A stretch of DNA of 64,000 bases from Candidatus Undinarchaeota archaeon (GCA_964567575.1 CAZMMZ010000002.1:1-64000); one strand, 5' to 3'; counted from the stretch's first letter, positions 1 to 11,016 are shown. The notes: a model not told the origin generated them from the sequence alone. Translations and numbers: made by a program.

Positions 1-696
<696 letters not shown>

Positions 697-954
697 TGAT
701 GGAAGAGCAACTACTACATAGTTTCTCATGGAACCATTTTGTCAGATGCGAAACACATCACGTGATTTCGTCCTCATATTTTTTATATCGCGACATCGTG
801 AGGGATGCCTCTCACTGTTGAATATTTGTACAGAGTCTTCTCAAACATCTGTTAAATTCGTAACTTAAGGCCGTCGAAAACGATAGGGCCGCGATATTAA
901 ATGCACAGTACTGCATAGCAGTAGAATGCGCATCCTATTTCAAGTGAAAGGTGG

Positions 955-961
955 TATATAA
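955..961 (-). promoter_or_regulatory. Putative TATA box of the 16S rRNA promoter
   Basis: TTATATA on minus strand about 260 nt upstream of the 16S 5' end; the leader between them has several hairpins. Confidence 0.55.
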
Positions 962-983
962 GCTTATCGCGAGAAAATAATCA

Positions 984-1116
984 TGGTGCGGGAGACAGGA
1001 TTTGAACCTGCGAAGACACTAAGTCATTGGATTTCTCAGATCATAGAGCACTAAACTCTCAGCACTCAAGATTATTCTCTTGAGTCCAACCCATTTGACC
1101 ACTTTGGTACTCCCGC
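984..1116 (-). tRNA. tRNA-Leu(CAA) with 46-nt intron (1033-1078), CCA encoded
   Basis: Acceptor GCGGGAG/CTCCCGC, anticodon stem TTGGA/TCCAA, loop CT-CAA-G|intron|A, long variable arm, TTCAAAT T-loop, CTCA:TGAG BHB helix. Confidence 0.93.
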
Positions 1117-1219
1117 AATTTATACAGTTTTTCATAACATTCTTGTTTTAAATTGTTTATGGTTGACCTTAACCAACATGTTTATAATATAAAAGATTAA
1201 TGAAATTTTGGAGTTGACA

Positions 1220-1801
1220 ATGGGTTTTAAATCCTACTACGAATCATCCTTCAAATTTGCTGTAGAAAGTCTTTTTTACGAAAGTGGGAAAGCCATAGCA
1301 AGTCTGGGGATAAAACCAAATCACTTAACTTTTTTACAACTTCCTTTTTCTCTTTTAATGTTTTATTATCTTCTTACTTTTAATTTATCAATGGGTATGC
1401 TGTGTGCGTTTTTCGTACTTTTCTTTGACTCTTGGGATGGTGTTGTTGCTCGTGCTTCCAATCAAGAATCTCGGTGGGGTCATCTTTTTGATAAAGGTGC
1501 CGACATTTTCAATATAATTCTTATCTTATCTGCAATTTCTGTGTATTCTCCACAAGTCAGGTTTTTAGCATTGTCATTAATTGTTATTAATGTTTTAATC
1601 TTTATAACAAATGAAATAAAAGAACCATTTGTTTATACTGCTGCGCGAGGTGCTGGTCTTGCTGGATTAATGTTCCTTAGTGCGGTTGGTTCTTTTGGTC
1701 CTATGATTTTTTTCCTTACAATCTCTCTTCTTCTTGGTTCAACTCTTTTACTTTGGAAAGTTTGGTTCATCCTCCGCAATTTGGGAAGCCCAAAAGTTTA
1801 A
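1220..1801 (+). CDS. CDP-alcohol phosphatidyltransferase family protein
   Basis: Motif DSWDGVVAR-x7-GHLFDKGAD; hydrophobic multi-pass protein; ORF track starts at TTG 1208. Confidence 0.85.
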   Translation: MGFKSYYESSFKFAVESLFYESGKAIASLGIKPNHLTFLQLPFSLLMFYYLLTFNLSMGMLCAFFVLFFDSWDGVVARASNQESRWGHLFDKGADIFNIILILSAISVYSPQVRFLALSLIVINVLIFITNEIKEPFVYTAARGAGLAGLMFLSAVGSFGPMIFFLTISLLLGSTLLLWKVWFILRNLGSPKV

Positions 1802-1835
1802 AAGGGAATAGGATTAGAATTTTAAAGTTCGTATT

Positions 1836-1910
1836 GCCCTGGTGGTGTAGTCCGGTCAATCATCCTGCCCTTTCGAGGCAGGGACCTGGGTTCGAATCCC
1901 GGCCGGGGCA
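1836..1910 (+). tRNA. tRNA-Glu(TTC)
   Basis: GCCCTGG...CCGGGGC acceptor, CTGCC-CT-TTC-GA-GGCAG anticodon arm, TTCGAAT T-loop. Confidence 0.96.
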
Positions 1911-1914
1911 TATC

Positions 1915-3870
1915 TTATACTTTTTCTTCTTTCAATTTTTCAACTACTTCCGGATTAGCCAAGGTTGTTGTGGTTCCAACATCCTCTTCACCAGCAGCTA
2001 TTTTCTTGAGAATTCTTCTCATGATTTTTCCAGAACGAGTTTTTGGAAGTGCATCTGCGAATTGGATTTTGTCTGGCTTTGCAATTGGTCCAATTTCTTT
2101 TGAAACATGATTACGAAGTTCTTTTACAAGAGCATCGCTTCCTTCATTCCCTTTTTTCAATAAAACAAAAGCGTAAAGTGCTTGTCCTTTTATTTCATGC
2201 GGGAAAGGGACAATTGCAGATTCTGCAACTGCAGGATGTGAAACAAGTGCTGATTCAACTTCTGCTGTTCCGATTCTGTGTCCTGAAATATTTACAACAT
2301 CATCAACGCGACCCATTAACCAGAAGTATCCGTCATTGTCCACTCGAGCTGCATCACTTGTGTAATACATTTCTGGATAATCACTGAAGTATGTTTTCCT
2401 GAAACGATCATGATCTCCATAAACAGTTCTTAACATACTTGGCCATGGCTTCTTTATGACTAAGAATCCACCTTCATTTGGATCTGCTCGACTTCCATCT
2501 TTTCGAACAACTTCTGCTTCAATTCCAGGGAATGGCAAGCAAGCTGAGCCAGGTTTCAATGGCATTGCACCAGGTAAAGGAGTTATCAAAACTCCTCCTG
2601 TTTCTGTTTGCCACCAAGTATCAACAATAGGGCAACGTTTCTTTCCAACATGCTCGTGATACCACACCCAAGCATCAGGATTAATTGGTTCTCCAACAGA
2701 ACCAAGTAAACGAAGTGTTGGCATTTCATGTTTGTCAACCCATTCATCACCTTGTTTGGCAAGTGCGCGAACTGCAGTAGGGGCTGTATAAAAAATATTA
2801 ACTTTATGTTTTTCAACAATGTCCCAGAAACGATCTGGTTCTGGGTAAGTTGGAATGCCTTCAAACATTACAGTTGTAGCACCGTTAGCAAGCGGTCCAT
2901 AAATTATGTAGCTGTGTCCTGTTATCCAACCAATATCTGCAGTGCACCAGAAAATATCTTCTTCATGATAATCAAAAATCCATTTGAATGTTTGATATGT
3001 GTAAAGCATGTAACCTCCAGTTGTATGAAGCACACCTTTTGGTTTTCCTGTTGTTCCACTTGTGTAAAGAATAAATAATGGATCTTCTGCATCCATTTCT
3101 TCTGCAGGGCAATCTGCACTTGCATTTTTCATTACATCATGCCACCAAAGATCACGATCTTCTTTCATTGTAACTTCATTTTCTGCGCGCTTGACAACAA
3201 TTACATTTTTAATTGAAGGTGCATCTTCAAGTGCAGTATCTGCATTCTTTTTTTGATCAAGAAGTTTTCCTCCACGGAATCCACCATCAGAAGTAATTAA
3301 CATAACACATTCTGAATCATGAATACGATCTCGTAATGCTTCTGCTGAAAATCCTCCAAAAACAATTGAGTGAATAGCTCCAATTCGTGCGCATGCGAGC
3401 ATGGCAATTGCAAGCTGAGGAATCATTTGCAAATAAAACGCAACACGATCTCCTTTTTTAATTCCTTTTTCTTTTAGAACATTAGCAAACTTGCAAACTT
3501 GTTCGTGAAGTTCTTTGTAAGTAAAAGTTCTTGTTTTGCCGTCATCTGCTTCCCAAATTATAGCTGTTTTATCTCCGCGTTCTTCCAGATGTCTATCAAG
3601 GCAGTTGTATGTTGCATTTAATTTTCCACCTTCAAACCATTTACATTCAAGTTTCTTAACATCCCAAGAATGAATCTTGTCCCATTTCTTAAACCAATGT
3701 AGATTCTCTGCTTTTTCAGCCCAGAATTTTTCAGGATCTTCAATTGATTTATCATAAATCTTTTTGTATTCTTCCAAGCTTTTTACATAAGATTTTTTTG
3801 AAAATTCAGGAGACGGCTTAAATGTTCTTGTCTCTTGTAGCATAGAGTCTATTGTTTTTTCTTTAGTCAT
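1915..3870 (-). CDS. acs: AMP-forming acetyl-CoA synthetase
   Basis: [33 protein letters not shown] motifs; 651 aa. Confidence 0.97.
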   Translation of the reverse strand: MTKEKTIDSMLQETRTFKPSPEFSKKSYVKSLEEYKKIYDKSIEDPEKFWAEKAENLHWFKKWDKIHSWDVKKLECKWFEGGKLNATYNCLDRHLEERGDKTAIIWEADDGKTRTFTYKELHEQVCKFANVLKEKGIKKGDRVAFYLQMIPQLAIAMLACARIGAIHSIVFGGFSAEALRDRIHDSECVMLITSDGGFRGGKLLDQKKNADTALEDAPSIKNVIVVKRAENEVTMKEDRDLWWHDVMKNASADCPAEEMDAEDPLFILYTSGTTGKPKGVLHTTGGYMLYTYQTFKWIFDYHEEDIFWCTADIGWITGHSYIIYGPLANGATTVMFEGIPTYPEPDRFWDIVEKHKVNIFYTAPTAVRALAKQGDEWVDKHEMPTLRLLGSVGEPINPDAWVWYHEHVGKKRCPIVDTWWQTETGGVLITPLPGAMPLKPGSACLPFPGIEAEVVRKDGSRADPNEGGFLVIKKPWPSMLRTVYGDHDRFRKTYFSDYPEMYYTSDAARVDNDGYFWLMGRVDDVVNISGHRIGTAEVESALVSHPAVAESAIVPFPHEIKGQALYAFVLLKKGNEGSDALVKELRNHVSKEIGPIAKPDKIQFADALPKTRSGKIMRRILKKIAAGEEDVGTTTTLANPEVVEKLKEEKV

Positions 3871-3965
3871 TGGATTAAATGAGATATCTGTCGATAATAT
3901 AAAAAGATTTTGGAAAAATGATGGCTAACCCCAACAAGAGGTTAACCATGCAAAGCATAACCCTC

Positions 3966-4193
3966 TTAAAGAGAAATCATGGTTGTTGTTGCTGAAATAC
4001 TCTGAATTGATCTCAGTTTTTTCAAAAGGAAATTATTTAAATCGTCTATACTCTTTGTTTCGGTTTGTAAAACGATGTCATAATCTCCATACACTGTATG
4101 AGCTTCTTTAATTTCCGGAAGCTCTTGCAATGAGATCAGTGCTTCTTTTTCTCTACCTGATTTTGTTGTTGCTAAAACAAATGCTGTTATCAT
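3966..4193 (-). CDS. Stand-alone Lrp/AsnC ligand-binding (RAM) domain protein
   Basis: 75 aa; EAHTVYGDYDIVL pattern; no HTH. Confidence 0.85.
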   Translation of the reverse strand: MITAFVLATTKSGREKEALISLQELPEIKEAHTVYGDYDIVLQTETKSIDDLNNFLLKKLRSIQSISATTTMISL

Positions 4194-4309
4194 CTTTAAT
4201 CACCCACTCTACCTCTAAACGAGGATAGTTTACGTTGGTTATGGGTATATATTATACTTTAGGGGAAAAAGTTAGCATAATCACAAAATTTATAAAGAAA
4301 ATTGTTAAA

Positions 4310-5272
4310 ATGCTAAGTATGAGGGATTTAACTAAACTTGATCCTAAAGACAAGAGATTAATTGCAGAATTAGATTTTAATAGCAGAGCTAGTTTGTCTG
4401 AACTTTCTAAGAAATTAAAATTGTCGCGAGAGGCGGTTAATTATAGGATTAAACGATTGACTTTTAGTGGTTTTATACGAAGTTTTGTAACTCATATTGA
4501 TCTTACAAAATTTGATTATGATATCTATACTGTTTATTTGAAATTTGGAATAATGAATGAAAAGAAAGAAAAAGAGGTTATTGACTATCTTCGCAATATT
4601 CCAACTCTCAATTGGTCAGCTGTTGTTGGTGGTCGGTTTGATTTTATCTTGGAATTTCCTGCAAAAAATATTCGTGAATTCCAAAAAAGACGGGTTGAAA
4701 TCATTAATAAATTTCCAAACACTTTTGTTAAGCACGAAGTATCTATTTTTACATTCCAACAGCGCTTAAATCGTAGATATCTCTATCCAATAAAAGATAG
4801 AATTCGAACTTCTATAGAAAGTATTGAAAAATTAAGTAAAAAAGATGAACAAATTCTTGCAGTTTTAAAATATAACTCCCGCTTACCTGTTTCTGAAATT
4901 TCTAAGATGACTAAAATCCCAAATAGTACAGTTGCAATGCGTATAAAAAAATTAAAACAAACTGGTGTCATCAAAGATTTTTCTATTCTATTCAATCCAG
5001 CTAAGATGGAATATCATAATTACAAATCATGTATTTCTCTTTCTAAACACTCTGATAAAATATATAATCAAATCAAGACTTTTTGTGAAGAAAATCCACA
5101 TGTTGTTTATTATATTTCTTGTATTGGCCGTTGGGATTATGAAATTGATTTTGAAGTTGAAAACCATACTGTTTACAGGCGATGTTTAAGAGATTTCCAA
5201 AATTTAATGGGAGATAGTTTATCTGATATTGAAACTCTTGAAATTTTCAATTCATTCCGATTTAATCTTTAA
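4310..5272 (+). CDS. Lrp/AsnC family regulator with two tandem HTH+RAM units
   Basis: Two HTH repeats (LDFNSRASLSELSKKL...; LKYNSRLPVSEISKMT...), each followed by a GRFD/GRWD RAM motif; TTTATAAA at 4289-4296 favours ATG 4310 or 4319 over the ORF-track start. Confidence 0.85.
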   Translation: MLSMRDLTKLDPKDKRLIAELDFNSRASLSELSKKLKLSREAVNYRIKRLTFSGFIRSFVTHIDLTKFDYDIYTVYLKFGIMNEKKEKEVIDYLRNIPTLNWSAVVGGRFDFILEFPAKNIREFQKRRVEIINKFPNTFVKHEVSIFTFQQRLNRRYLYPIKDRIRTSIESIEKLSKKDEQILAVLKYNSRLPVSEISKMTKIPNSTVAMRIKKLKQTGVIKDFSILFNPAKMEYHNYKSCISLSKHSDKIYNQIKTFCEENPHVVYYISCIGRWDYEIDFEVENHTVYRRCLRDFQNLMGDSLSDIETLEIFNSFRFNL

Positions 5273-5282
5273 AAAAAAGTAA

Positions 5283-5396
5283 TGGGCCCGCCGGAATTTG
5301 AATCCAGGACCTCACGCTATCTTCGAGCGCGTCCGCACTTGCGCGCGGAACGCAACCATATAAGGCGTGCGCTCCACCAAGCTAAGCTACGGGCCC
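5283..5396 (-). tRNA. tRNA-Ile(TAT) with 40-nt intron (5319-5358)
   Basis: GGGCCCG/CGGGCCC acceptor, A discriminator, CACGC-CT-TAT-A|intron|A-GCGTG anticodon arm; intron folds into a GCAA-capped hairpin. Confidence 0.88.
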
Positions 5397-5399
5397 AGT

Positions 5400-8324
5400 T
5401 TATATTTTGTCAAATGCAAGGTTGATGGTTATGTCTTCAAATGTTACATCTCCCTTGTTCTTTCCCTTTGTCTCAGCACCTACTTTTAATTCTTTTGCAC
5501 CGACTTTTTGTGTTATCTCTTTTGCAAATTTGTTAATTGAAGTTTTTGCAAATTCATCTGAGGTTGAGACTGTTAATTTAATATTTTCGCCAACATTCAG
5601 TCCACCTTTCTTTCTCATTACTTGGACTTGTCGCATTACTTCGCGTGCTAGCGCTTCTGCGCGAATTTCAGGAGTAATCTTTGTATCAAGGTAAACTTTT
5701 CCAAATTCAAATTCTTTCTCAGCTCCTTTTATTTTTCCAGCTTTTACAGATTTGACATTTGCTTGTTCTTTAATCACATTTTCAAATGTCTTGATTGCTT
5801 TCTTCACAGTTTCATCTCCGTCAGCTGAAAGTTGGTTGAGTGGCCATCGCAGTTTTATCTTTGCTTCTTCACGTGCGAATCTTGCAGTTTCAACAATTGC
5901 GCGAGCATTGCACATTTGCTTTTCAAGTTCTGGTTTAATCATCTTAGTATCTGGGTTTGGCCAGTCAATAAGATGAATTGATTCTGGAAGCGCTTTTGAA
6001 AGTGGTTTGATTAAATCAAGATACAGTTTTTCAGAAAGCATCGGCAGTGTTGGTGCTGAAAGTATAATGAACTTTTTAAGAACTTCATAAAGAACTTTGA
6101 AAGCTACTAGCTTGTCATCTCCACCCGCTGAAACCCAAGTTCTATCTCTGATTAATTTAATGTACCATCTTGAAAGATCTTCAACTAAAAATTCTCGCAA
6201 GAGTTTTGGAACACTTGGGAATTCATAATCTTCGTATGCTTTTGTGATTTTTTCATTAAGTGAATTTAATCTTGATAAAACCCATTTATCTTCTGGTTGT
6301 AGTTTCTTAGTATCGAGTTTGTATTCTTCTGGATTGAATTTTGCAGCTTCCATATATTTTGCAAACTGTGCAACATTCCAGAAAATATTCAAAGATTTGT
6401 AAGCTTCTTTTAATTCGTCCCAATTGAATTTCATATCCTCGCCATTTGCTGCTCCACCAATTGAATAAAGTCTCCAAGCTTCTGATCCATATTTTTCAAT
6501 AACTTCTTCTGGTGCAGTTGAGTTTCCGAGTGACTTTGACATTTTCAATCCTTTATCATCTACAACAAAGCCGTGCATGTATACGCTTTTGTATGATGTT
6601 TTGCCGTGTGAAACCATACTCAAACATAACAATGAATTGAACCATCCGCGAATTTGATCTTTTCCTTCTGTAATGAAATCGCAAGGGAACCATTTCTCCA
6701 ATTCTTTTTTGTTTTCTGGGAATGGTAATGTTGCCCAAGGAGCTGCACCTGAATCAAGCCAAACATCAAGAATGTCTGGAACTCTTTCCATTTCTTTTCC
6801 ACATTCTTCACATTTGAATTTTACATTATCAATCCATGGTCTGTGCAAATCATCCATTTTCTTTGGAAGTTCTTTTCTACTTCCAATAACTTTGACATGT
6901 CCATTTTCACAGCGCCAAATTGGAAGTGGAATTCCCCAAAATCTTTGTCGTGAAATGCACCAGTCTTGTAAGTTCTCTAACCAGTCTCTAAACCATCGCT
7001 CTCCAGCCCATCCAGGAACCCATTTCATCTTCTTATTTTCCTCAATCATTTTTTCTTTGAGGTCTGAAACTTTTAGATACCAGTTTGGAGCTGCGCGGAA
7101 AATAACTGGGGATTTACATCTCCAACAATGAGCATACTCGTGTTCAATCTTTGCTTCTCGCACAAGCAATCCTTTTTCTTCAATAAATCCTTTGAATTTC
7201 TTATTGTCTTTATTTGCATTCAAACCTGCGTATTTTCCAGCTTCTTCTGAAAAGTTTCCACTTTCATCAACAAGTGAAAATGCAGGAACATCTAATTTAC
7301 GTCCTACTTCAAAATCCTCTGCGCCGCATCCAGGAGCGCAATGAACGCAACCAGAACCTGCTGTTAGTGTTACGAAACCATGAAACATGTCATCTCCAAT
7401 TGCATGTACTTTGAAAGCATTAGGATGATTTTTTTGAACTTCTTTTAATGCTGGAATTTCTTTGAGGTATGGTTGTTCATATTCTAATCCTTCTAAATCT
7501 TCTCCGCGAATTGTTTCAACAATTTCATACTTTTTCCCGATTACACCCATTAATGCAATTACGAAATTTTTTGCGAGAATCCAATATTCATTATCAACTT
7601 TGATTTTTGCATATTCAAAATCAGGATGCACCGCTACCATCATATTGAATGGTAATGTCCATGGTGTAGTTGTCCAAATTAAAATGTATTCATTCTTTTT
7701 TCCCTTTAATGGAAATTTAACATAAATTGAAGTGTCTGTTCTTGTTTTGTATTCTAATTCGTGTTTTGCAAGAGCAGTTGCGCAACGCCAGCACCAAGTA
7801 ATTGTTTTTGGTCCTTCATAGAGCAATCCTTTCTTATGAGCTTCTGCAAGCGCCCACCATGCGCCTTCAATATAAGAATTATCAATTGTTCGGTATGGTT
7901 TCTCCCAATTCATCCACACACCAAGGCGTGCGAATTGGTCATTCATTAATTCAAGATTATCAAGAGCGAATTTTCTACATTCTTCAATAAATTTATCCAT
8001 GCCAATTTTATCAACAATTTCCTGTTTGTTTTTGATTCCAAGTTTTTCTTCAACTTTAACTTCAATTGGAAGGCCGTGCATATCATAACCGGGTTGTGAT
8101 CGTACATCATATCCCTGCATTCGTTTGTATCTAAGGAAAGCATCTTTCAACACTTTGTTCCACGCAGTTCCAAGGTGAATTGAGCCAGTTGTATATGGTG
8201 GACCATCAATAAAGCGGAAGGGTTTTGCCTTTTCTGTTTTCTTTTTGCATTTAGTAAATGTTTTCTTAGAATCCCAGTGCTTCAGGATTTTTTCTTCGAT
8301 TTCTTGCGGATTGAATTTTTCCAT
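5400..8324 (-). CDS. ileS: Isoleucyl-tRNA synthetase
   Basis: DGPPYTTGSIHLG (HIGH), WTTTPWT, DWCISRQRFWG, KMSKS; TATATAAA 31 nt before ATG 8324. Confidence 0.97.
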   Translation of the reverse strand: MEKFNPQEIEEKILKHWDSKKTFTKCKKKTEKAKPFRFIDGPPYTTGSIHLGTAWNKVLKDAFLRYKRMQGYDVRSQPGYDMHGLPIEVKVEEKLGIKNKQEIVDKIGMDKFIEECRKFALDNLELMNDQFARLGVWMNWEKPYRTIDNSYIEGAWWALAEAHKKGLLYEGPKTITWCWRCATALAKHELEYKTRTDTSIYVKFPLKGKKNEYILIWTTTPWTLPFNMMVAVHPDFEYAKIKVDNEYWILAKNFVIALMGVIGKKYEIVETIRGEDLEGLEYEQPYLKEIPALKEVQKNHPNAFKVHAIGDDMFHGFVTLTAGSGCVHCAPGCGAEDFEVGRKLDVPAFSLVDESGNFSEEAGKYAGLNANKDNKKFKGFIEEKGLLVREAKIEHEYAHCWRCKSPVIFRAAPNWYLKVSDLKEKMIEENKKMKWVPGWAGERWFRDWLENLQDWCISRQRFWGIPLPIWRCENGHVKVIGSRKELPKKMDDLHRPWIDNVKFKCEECGKEMERVPDILDVWLDSGAAPWATLPFPENKKELEKWFPCDFITEGKDQIRGWFNSLLCLSMVSHGKTSYKSVYMHGFVVDDKGLKMSKSLGNSTAPEEVIEKYGSEAWRLYSIGGAANGEDMKFNWDELKEAYKSLNIFWNVAQFAKYMEAAKFNPEEYKLDTKKLQPEDKWVLSRLNSLNEKITKAYEDYEFPSVPKLLREFLVEDLSRWYIKLIRDRTWVSAGGDDKLVAFKVLYEVLKKFIILSAPTLPMLSEKLYLDLIKPLSKALPESIHLIDWPNPDTKMIKPELEKQMCNARAIVETARFAREEAKIKLRWPLNQLSADGDETVKKAIKTFENVIKEQANVKSVKAGKIKGAEKEFEFGKVYLDTKITPEIRAEALAREVMRQVQVMRKKGGLNVGENIKLTVSTSDEFAKTSINKFAKEITQKVGAKELKVGAETKGKNKGDVTFEDITINLAFDKI

Positions 8325-8364
8325 TGTTTTCGACTCTGTTTTCAAACTTTATATAGACTTTCCA

Positions 8365-8437
8365 GTGCCCCGGAAATTTTTGAAAAGGAGCACAGGGTTA
8401 TCACTAGAACTATCGTATTATTATGATAATGCTAGTG
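8365..8437 (-). terminator. Two tandem stem-loops between the permease stop and the ileS promoter
   Basis: Stems 8365-8371/8387-8393 and 8402-8414/8425-8437; G-U pairs work on the minus strand. Confidence 0.35.
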
Positions 8438-8492
8438 TCTGTGTTCATTAGTGATTATGATACAGCTAGGGGTTAATAAAGGTTTTTGTGAT

Positions 8493-9884
8493 TTATTTCG
8501 CTACTTTTTTGTGATACTTTACCTTCATTCTAAACTCTGTATGTTTGAACAAATCAAACCATCGGAAAAATAGCCATCCAAATAATAAGAGTATGATTCC
8601 ACCAAGTATGATCATGATTCCTAATTGTCCAACCATAAACATACACAATAATATTCCCAGTACTGGAATTATTGGCACTTTTCCAATAGCACCCGGCACT
8701 TTGAATGGGCGTTTTCTATTAGGTTCTTTTATTCGCATGTAGATTAAAGCCCCATTAACTGAAATGAATGTGAGGAAAATTGCTAAGTTCGTCATTTCTG
8801 CAACAAGTCCTATGTTTTTACTCATAAGGAGAACCGAGGAAATTATTCCAATAGTAATGATTGCTTTCCATGGTGTTTTTCTTTTTGAATGTAAATGAGA
8901 TAAGAAATACGGCAGTGATCGTTCTCCCCCCATTCCATAAGCTATACGAGATGCAGCTATTACTGAAACCAGATTCGTATTAAATGTAGAGAATAACGCT
9001 ACAATTCCAAGTACTATGAATATCTTAGCTCCCATAATTGTTGCGCCAATATCTGCTAGTGGTGCAGTTGAAGCTCCAAGTGCTCGCCAATCCATTACAC
9101 TAACTGCTGATAATGCAACAAGGATGTAAAGTACAGTTGTAATTGCAATTGCAAGTATGAGCGCTTTTGGAATTGTTCTCTCTGGATCTTTTGTTTCTTC
9201 TGAAAGTTTCACAACACTTTCAAATCCAATGAATGCAAAGAAAATCAAAGCTGCTGCTGAGAATAATCCTGAAAATCCATTTGGCATTTCCATGAAGTTT
9301 ATTGAGCCAGTTGTAAATGCTGTTATGAATTTTGGGAATCCAATAAAGATAATGAAAAGAAGTCCGCCGACTTCTATAGCTGTAAATAAAATATTAAGTT
9401 TTGCTGATTCTTTTATTCCAATAAAATTAATTAATCCAATTAAAGCTATCATCAAAAATGCAATTAAAGTTTGAGGTCCTCCAAACAACGCTGTGAAATA
9501 TCCCGAGAAACCGATAGCTATCGCCGTTATCGAAATTGTTGTTGCAGATAAAACTAACCATCCAACAAAGAATGCAATTTTTCTTCCGAATGCATGATCA
9601 GCATAAACATATTCTCCTGCATCTGAAGGGAAAACTGAAGAAAGCTCAGCATAACTTAGACCAGAAAGAATTGCCACAAAAGAACTAATTAAAAGAGCTA
9701 ACCACAAGGAATTTCCTGCCATTCCAGCAGCTACTCCAACAAGTGCGTAAATCCCAGCTCCTGAAATTATTCCAACACCAGCAGATGTGGCTTCAAGAAG
9801 ACCCAAATTACGACTTAGTGTAAGTTTTTTACTATGTTTGAGTTTTTTGTGTTGATGATGTTCAGGGATTTTTTTTATTTCCAT
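8493..9884 (-). CDS. APC family amino acid permease
   Basis: GIISGAGIY, YAELSSVFPSDAGEYVY, FFAFIGFESVVKLSEETKDPERTIP; about 12 TM. Confidence 0.93.
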   Translation of the reverse strand: MEIKKIPEHHQHKKLKHSKKLTLSRNLGLLEATSAGVGIISGAGIYALVGVAAGMAGNSLWLALLISSFVAILSGLSYAELSSVFPSDAGEYVYADHAFGRKIAFFVGWLVLSATTISITAIAIGFSGYFTALFGGPQTLIAFLMIALIGLINFIGIKESAKLNILFTAIEVGGLLFIIFIGFPKFITAFTTGSINFMEMPNGFSGLFSAAALIFFAFIGFESVVKLSEETKDPERTIPKALILAIAITTVLYILVALSAVSVMDWRALGASTAPLADIGATIMGAKIFIVLGIVALFSTFNTNLVSVIAASRIAYGMGGERSLPYFLSHLHSKRKTPWKAIITIGIISSVLLMSKNIGLVAEMTNLAIFLTFISVNGALIYMRIKEPNRKRPFKVPGAIGKVPIIPVLGILLCMFMVGQLGIMIILGGIILLLFGWLFFRWFDLFKHTEFRMKVKYHKKVAK

Positions 9885-9983
9885 CTATATGGTTTATCGT
9901 TAAGAAATCAAGGTATTTAAGGGTTTTAGTTGCCATCGTATGAAGCAAAACTATTATATAATATGAAAGGAACGGTGCATACT

Positions 9984-10361
9984 ATGGGAAGGGGAAGTGA
10001 CAAGTTATTGGAAGTAGAGAAAGGTTTGCAATCTAGTGATGATCCTGAAAAAATGCTTCATTTACTTTTTAATTTAATTAATTTCAAACAAGCTAACACT
10101 GATATTTACTTTTTACTTAACAAAAGCGAGAAGCCGCTCACTGTTCGTGATATCTACACAAAGCTTCCTTATTCTGAAAGAACAATTCGAACTTATTTGG
10201 GTGTTTTGTCTGATAAAGAATATATTAAAAAAATTCCAACGTTACGAGAGCGTCCTTGCTTTGCTTACAAATCAATTCCCCCAAAAGAAGTATGGGGCTT
10301 AATGGTTGAACAACTACGCAGAATAAAACACGAAGCAGGCAAAACTTTTAAATCGTTATAA
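9984..10361 (+). CDS. Winged-HTH transcriptional regulator (TrmB-like)
   Basis: PLTVRDIYTKLPYSERTIRTYLGVL HTH; start chosen from TATA spacing (ORF track starts 9930). Confidence 0.7.
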   Translation: MGRGSDKLLEVEKGLQSSDDPEKMLHLLFNLINFKQANTDIYFLLNKSEKPLTVRDIYTKLPYSERTIRTYLGVLSDKEYIKKIPTLRERPCFAYKSIPPKEVWGLMVEQLRRIKHEAGKTFKSL

Positions 10362-10367
10362 TTACTC

Positions 10368-10970
10368 TTATTTTAAAATTATTCCTTCATATCTATGTGG
10401 TGCTTGTGATGTAAATCCAAGTATTGTTGAGAATGCAACTGAATTTCCTACAATAACTGCAATTTCTCCGCTCATACCTTCTGGTACATCACTGAAAAGT
10501 AAGTAACCTTCCCTTTCTCCATCACTTGGAATTTCAGCGCCGTCAAACTTTGCGCTTGTAACCATATACTTTTTCAAGTCTGGTCCAATAATATTCGCTT
10601 TGTCCCAAAGGAATTCTTCTGTGCCCTCTCCGACATTGTGAACCCAAATATCAATTCTAAATTCTTTCTTCCCGTTGTATTCAAAAAATCCTAATGAATT
10701 TAATTTTGTTTCAAAAAGCCCATAGTTGTGACTCTTATCGATTATCTGTTCTTTGTAAATTGTTGTTTCTTGTTGTTCTATTTGGTCACGTACTGGATCT
10801 CCGATTATTAATCCAACTTCACTTCCTGCAACTTGTGTGTTTCCTTCTGGTAGTAAACGTCCTCCTCCAGTTGTATTATAAAAAATAAGAAGAATTAACA
10901 AGAAGGCAATAACGAGAAATGCTATTATGATGTTCTTGTTTTTATGTATGAATGATTTTTCGTTGCTCAT
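10368..10970 (-). CDS. Membrane-anchored surface protein, DUF4352-like C-terminal domain
   Basis: Single N-terminal TM, then beta-rich domain (RIDIWVHNVG...GEREGYLLF). Confidence 0.55.
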   Translation of the reverse strand: MSNEKSFIHKNKNIIIAFLVIAFLLILLIFYNTTGGGRLLPEGNTQVAGSEVGLIIGDPVRDQIEQQETTIYKEQIIDKSHNYGLFETKLNSLGFFEYNGKKEFRIDIWVHNVGEGTEEFLWDKANIIGPDLKKYMVTSAKFDGAEIPSDGEREGYLLFSDVPEGMSGEIAVIVGNSVAFSTILGFTSQAPHRYEGIILK

Positions 10971-11016
10971 ATTGAACCGTATAATTTATTAATATATAAA
11001 CCTTAATCTTGGTGAT

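Noticed and set aside
1753-2103. 116-aa ORF
   Set aside because: Overlaps tRNA-Glu and the antisense of acs
5283-5396. AUA reassigned to Met
   Set aside because: ATA encodes the conserved Ile in RpoK RIIG, and the tRNA body is Ile-type
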